Source of the DNA: Botryllus schlosseri
Taxonomy: Eukaryota
Length of the DNA stretch: 64,000 nt
Direction: 5' to 3'
Assembly: GCA_051294905.1 (NCBI GenBank)
Contig: CM119371.1
Span: 31,002,001-31,066,000, forward strand
Below, one piece after another: positions 63,327 to 64,000 of this stretch. The stretch's first letter is position 1; each line of letters starts with the position of its first letter. Both the position numbers and the translations under genes were made by a program. The notes beneath the pieces were generated by a model, which worked only from the letters and a program-made list of their open reading frames with translations, was not told the DNA's origin and ran no database searches.

Positions 63327-64000
63327 CAGTGGTTCCCAACGTGGGCGATATCGCCCCCCAGGGGGCGATTTGTCGGTCCAGGGGGGCGGAAATAGCCAAG
63401 GGGGCGATAGGGGGGGGCGAAAACGGACGAAGGGGCGATAGGGGGGCGATGGCGCGTTTAAATGGCTATATTGGCGTCCATGACCAAAACTGCCACACCC
63501 AAACCCACAATTGGGAGTCCGAGCTCGAAGGAGGCCCACAATTTTTTCGTGAATTAACATCAATTATAGAGTATTATTTTGGAAATTTAGGCAACTTTTT
63601 CAAAAAAAATTCGCGCTACGTGCCATTTCGTGGTCTCATATTTCTTGCTTATTGGATAAAAATCAATTGCCCATGCAGAAATACCAATTTGAAATTGTGT
63701 GCGTCTTTTAGTTTAGTACGTAGGGGCGATTTGAATATCTTTTGACATAGCAGACAGGCCACGAAATGCCATTACGTAACGAAGTCATTATACCCACGGG
63801 TCCTCCCGAATATGTTCGATTAATATTTACGGGCCCTACATTTTCCAAGACACCTCACTCAGTTTTACCAGTAAATCTGAATACATGAGCAGAGAGAGGA
63901 TGAAAATTGACAGCAATATATATGCAATTCCCAATCATATTGACCGATTCAATTATGAATGATAAAAAATTTTCCCGCTTTGCCCGAATTAGGCCGACTA
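63327..64000 (+). mobile_element. Left part of a hAT-type element with GGGGGCGA motifs, running off the window
   Basis: CAGTGGTTCCCAAC start, repeated ggggcga motifs; the interior near 63770-63980 resembles 52500-52700. Confidence 0.65.

Noticed and set aside
63254..63745. 163-aa Gly-rich ORF
   Set aside because: Runs through a MITE terminus and GGGGCGA repeats; no splice or domain support.
1..64000. Prokaryotic defence system or operon reading of the NACHT ORF
   Set aside because: Low coding density, spliceosomal introns, SINEs and MITEs show this is animal genomic DNA.

Overview
AT-rich, intron- and repeat-rich animal genomic DNA, not prokaryotic. An invertebrate chordate such as an ascidian is a guess from the NLR style and repeat types, not something shown by the sequence. 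The main gene is a minus-strand NACHT-LRR (NLR-like) gene that I assembled by hand from splice signals and codon phase. Its coding exons are 50078-50150, 46402-47823, 31390-31703, 22979-23134, 19818-19985, 19382-19571, 15866-15917 and 13117-13165: 2424 nt, 807 aa, all joins in frame, with the outermost exons tentative. The 14.7-kb intron after the NACHT exon holds the most unusual object, an 8.3-kb element (33378-41672) with ~2.25-kb terminal inverted repeats, AGTAGT...ACTACT ends and a 6-bp TSD. These are Polinton/Maverick hallmarks, but I recognise no core Polinton gene, only small decayed virus-like ORFs, and the inner ends of the arms also read AGTAGT. The element sits in a palindromic minisatellite next to a second related AGTAGT end, itself inside a SINE and a MITE. 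The rest of the window holds many hAT-type non-autonomous elements with 8-bp TSDs, a broken Buster-type transposase, tRNA-derived SINEs, an RNase H-bearing LINE relic and local duplications. Two of the predicted NLR exons lie inside hAT elements.
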